Assembly (NCBI GenBank): GCA_964036045.1
Contig: OZ038378.1
Span: 146,320,001 to 146,384,000, forward strand
Source of the DNA: Eutreptiella sp. 'Long Island Sound 2002'
Lineage: Eukaryota; Protista; Euglenida
Reading direction: 5' to 3'
Length of the DNA stretch: 64,000 bases
Part shown: one piece after another, positions 61,177-64,000 of the stretch
Layout: every line of letters starts with the position of its first letter
Position numbering within the stretch: the stretch's first letter is position 1
Notes under the pieces: generated by a model
The model's database searches: none
The model's input: only the letters and a program-made list of their open reading frames with translations
Told to the model about the DNA's origin: nothing
Made by a program: the position numbers and the translations under genes

Positions 61177-62500
61177 TAGGAAGGTCCTGTGCTCCCTACG
61201 AAGCGCCCCGTTCTCAGAGGCCGCTCACCCCTTCCTCTTCCCTGCGATGGGTTCGGGGATCTGGGTTGTGTCGACTTCAACAACACCATCCCTTGCCCCT
61301 GGAAGGGTCCGCCTGAAGCGGTGACCAAGCGCCCCAGCCTTCCGCTGCGCCGCCACATGCAGCGCCACAAGACCGGGCGCGGGAGGGAGGGGGATTAGAG
61401 TGTATGGCAGTCGACACAGCGCCACGGAATTAGGAGGACACAGTGTCGAGGGAGGGCAGGGGCACGGGTGAGGACCCCATGACACCTGGACCTTCCTGGT
61501 CCCTCAGCCAGTGTCGGCGCTCCTCCGTCGTGCACCGGCCCCTGAGGTCGGTTGACCGAACTGTAGAGAAGGGGAAATTCTGATGTGTAAAGCCTGCGGA
61601 GGATGTTCAGGTTTGGAGATGGCGGTTGGTGTTTCTGTCCCACCAACGTCTTCCCCACCCGTCATGGTCAAGGTCACGATCAAGGTCAGGGTTGCAAGGG
61701 TTCGTCACACACCAAAAGGGGTATTATGGGTGGTGTGGGGTCAGTTCAGGCTAGCAACCCCTTTTGAGGTTGCCTGGTGGGTCCTGGGGGAGTGGTTTGG
61801 GCTCTTCTGGGAGGCGGTGGTGGTAGGCATCGGGGCTATAGCAAGCCATATCAATTCTAGCACCAACAAAAATACCGAAACTTTTTCTCGCCAAAAACCG
61901 TGCAACAACGCCTGAAATGAAGTGTCAGCCACTTCTCAATTTTGGAGGCAAGAACCCCCTAACCCCCCATTCATAGTCCAAGAGTGCCACAAAAAGTTGT
62001 ACCCCTTCAGATTTTCCCTTCTAGCCCCTTCTGGCGTTCAAGTCAGGAACAATATAGCAACCAGCACGTAAAAATCCTCCTTTGCCGCCGCCCTGTCCGC
62101 CACCAGGGTGCCACAGCAGCGCAAGAAGGGTCCCCATTCCCCCTTTGCAGCGCTGCAACGGCACTGCTATGTGCAATGCTGGTCCCAGCATCTGCGCAGG
62201 TGAATGGCAGGGTCCGTTGGGGTGTAGTGCACATCCTTCAGACCGCCGGTGGCGGACTTGATCACGACGTGGAACTTCAGAGGCCTGGCAAGCCACACCA
62301 CCCCCGACTCATACACCTGCAGCATGTGTGGAGAGGATGCAGGCAGCACCTGGTGCAACCAAATCAGTGGGGCCTTGAGGCATGCGTGTGGCCACAAAGT
62401 CAACAAGCTTTGTCAGACTTGCCACCAGCCTCCCCCAGCTCAGATGCAATCGGGAGGAGGTGGGTTCTACCAGGCGTAAGCTGGTTCCTACTGAGTTGTG

Positions 62501-62667
62501 GTTTCGGGGGGAGTGGATCTTTATTGAGCAGCACATGGTAACCTCCACCGGCCCCTGTGAAGACTCCCCCAGACCACTTGACGGTCCACTCAACCAGCGG
62601 GAGGAACAGTCACCAAATGATGGTGGGGGGGAACACGCGCAAGAACCCCAACCAGACCTTTCCACTG
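62501..62667. repeat. Interspersed repeat, copy 2 (see 32298-32464)
   Basis: Near-identical ~165 bp. Confidence 0.9.
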
Positions 62668-64000
62668 GAACTCGATTGTACCCGGAGGAAAACTTGTCTT
62701 CGGTACCGTGGACTTTTGGGGGGGGCTGTGCAAGGAGGGGGCCTCAACATGGTCAGGTTGCAGCGTCCGCATTAGGCTCTGGTCGCGCCTGCCCCGCGAC
62801 TGTCATCGCCATCTGTCCTTCATGCCAATGTGCGGCGCATCCGTTGAGTGTCCGGCAAACAGTTGTTCATCCCTCGACCCTACCTCCGCTGGCTTCACTG
62901 GCGCTCCGGGCTCTACTGGGTGAGGCGTGCATTCTGGTCAGGGGTCACTCGCTCCCTGTGCTGCTGTAGTAGCTGGCCCCGTCTGGGCGGGAAGAAAATT
63001 GCTCTGCGAGGGGGGGGGGGGGTGACACGGAAGCCCATTTTCCCAACCCCCCCCCCTCCTTGGCCGCCGTGACGGGAGGGGGGGCTCAGGGCGGGGGTGT
63101 CCGACCTGCCGTGCCGGGGGGGGGGGGGTCAACCCAACATCTATGGCTCAAAATGATACCCATGTTGCGCTGAACATTTTGACTACTCAAATGTGGGGGG
63201 GCCGCATGCAGGTCAACAAAGCGCTCCACACATGCACGTCCTGGTATGCATATGCAGCAATGTTCGGCAGTTCTCCACATATTGCGTCCCTTCTCAGGGA
63301 AAGACATTATGTACATCCTTTCATACCGCCGGCTTGTAATACCTTTATCCGGGCCGTCTTTTGTCGGCCAACAAAACTAGCCTACATGGCACTGTACAGA
63401 TGAGAGGGGGACTGACTTGGTGGCTTGCACTTCAAGCTTGCGTGATGCTGGCACAAGATCGGCCAACTTGCTGTGCCTGCCCCCAGCCAAAGGCAGGGAG
63501 GTTGGTGTGTGTGTGTGTTTTGCTTTCTTGCTTTTGACTTGCCTGAGACTAATCAGTTGTAAGTGCATCCGAGTCGATCTGTCATTCTTCAATGCGGTGT
63601 TTGCAACACAAGACTCATATCTACTGAGGCCGTTTGATTGCGAGTCCTCGGACATCGGGGACTGGGGCTGGGAACCCCCCGAGTCCATATGAGAGCCTAT
63701 ATCTGAGTGATACCTGGGTGAGATGACATCTGTACTTGGTGTGTGAAAGAGCACGCGCCGATGCCTGGGTTCAAGCGTGGACATCGGCTGCAAGCCTATG
63801 TCCCTCCACATCACATCAGGGGGTGGACTTAGAGTGGGGGTCGTGGGGGCCCATGAAACCGTGGACCCAGACGGTGAAGATAATCCACTGAGCTGCGCAG
63901 AGGCACGTACTCGCGGTGGTGTCGAGGACACGCTGTGACATGACACATGGGATCCTTGTGGGGATCCAAAAAGGCAACGTATTGGCGTACGCTGGATGGA

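Noticed and set aside
62249-62479. LITTWNFRGL resembling an APE N-terminus
   Set aside because: No following LQE or GDFN motifs; likely chance.

Overview
Repeat-dense eukaryotic nuclear DNA, almost certainly from a euglenid: a Euglena-type spliced-leader (SL) exon, ACACTTTCTGAGTGTCTA(T9)CG, lies on the minus strand at 52322-52350. Layout: (i) 1-10.7 kb is a 1578-bp higher-order tandem repeat of three diverged ~390-bp monomers plus a ~400-bp spacer that looks like a pogo/DDE_1 transposase fragment; (ii) 10.7-33 kb holds minisatellites, a decayed FAR1/MULE transposase, TA-flanked MITEs and LINE debris; (iii) 33.1-35.0 kb is an intronless, multi-TM hybrid histidine kinase with one in-frame stop; (iv) ~37.5/38.2-52.35 kb is the main system, an apparently full-length three-ORF LINE (ORF0, ORF1, APE-RT-zf-RNase H) that begins with the SL exon and ends in a tRNA-Asp-like sequence overlapping the ORF2 stop. 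Its ORF1 is interrupted by a young 6.38-kb tyrosine-recombinase retrotransposon (gag-YR-RT/RH order, identical split direct repeats, an extra Arg-rich ORF), whose removal restores ORF1 in frame; (v) 52.4-64 kb has a DIRS-type methyltransferase remnant, a cluster of eight 22-bp palindromes, a hAT MITE and other dispersed repeats. Most small ORFs in the track are shadow or repeat-derived. All family assignments come from motif recognition by eye; no database searches were run.
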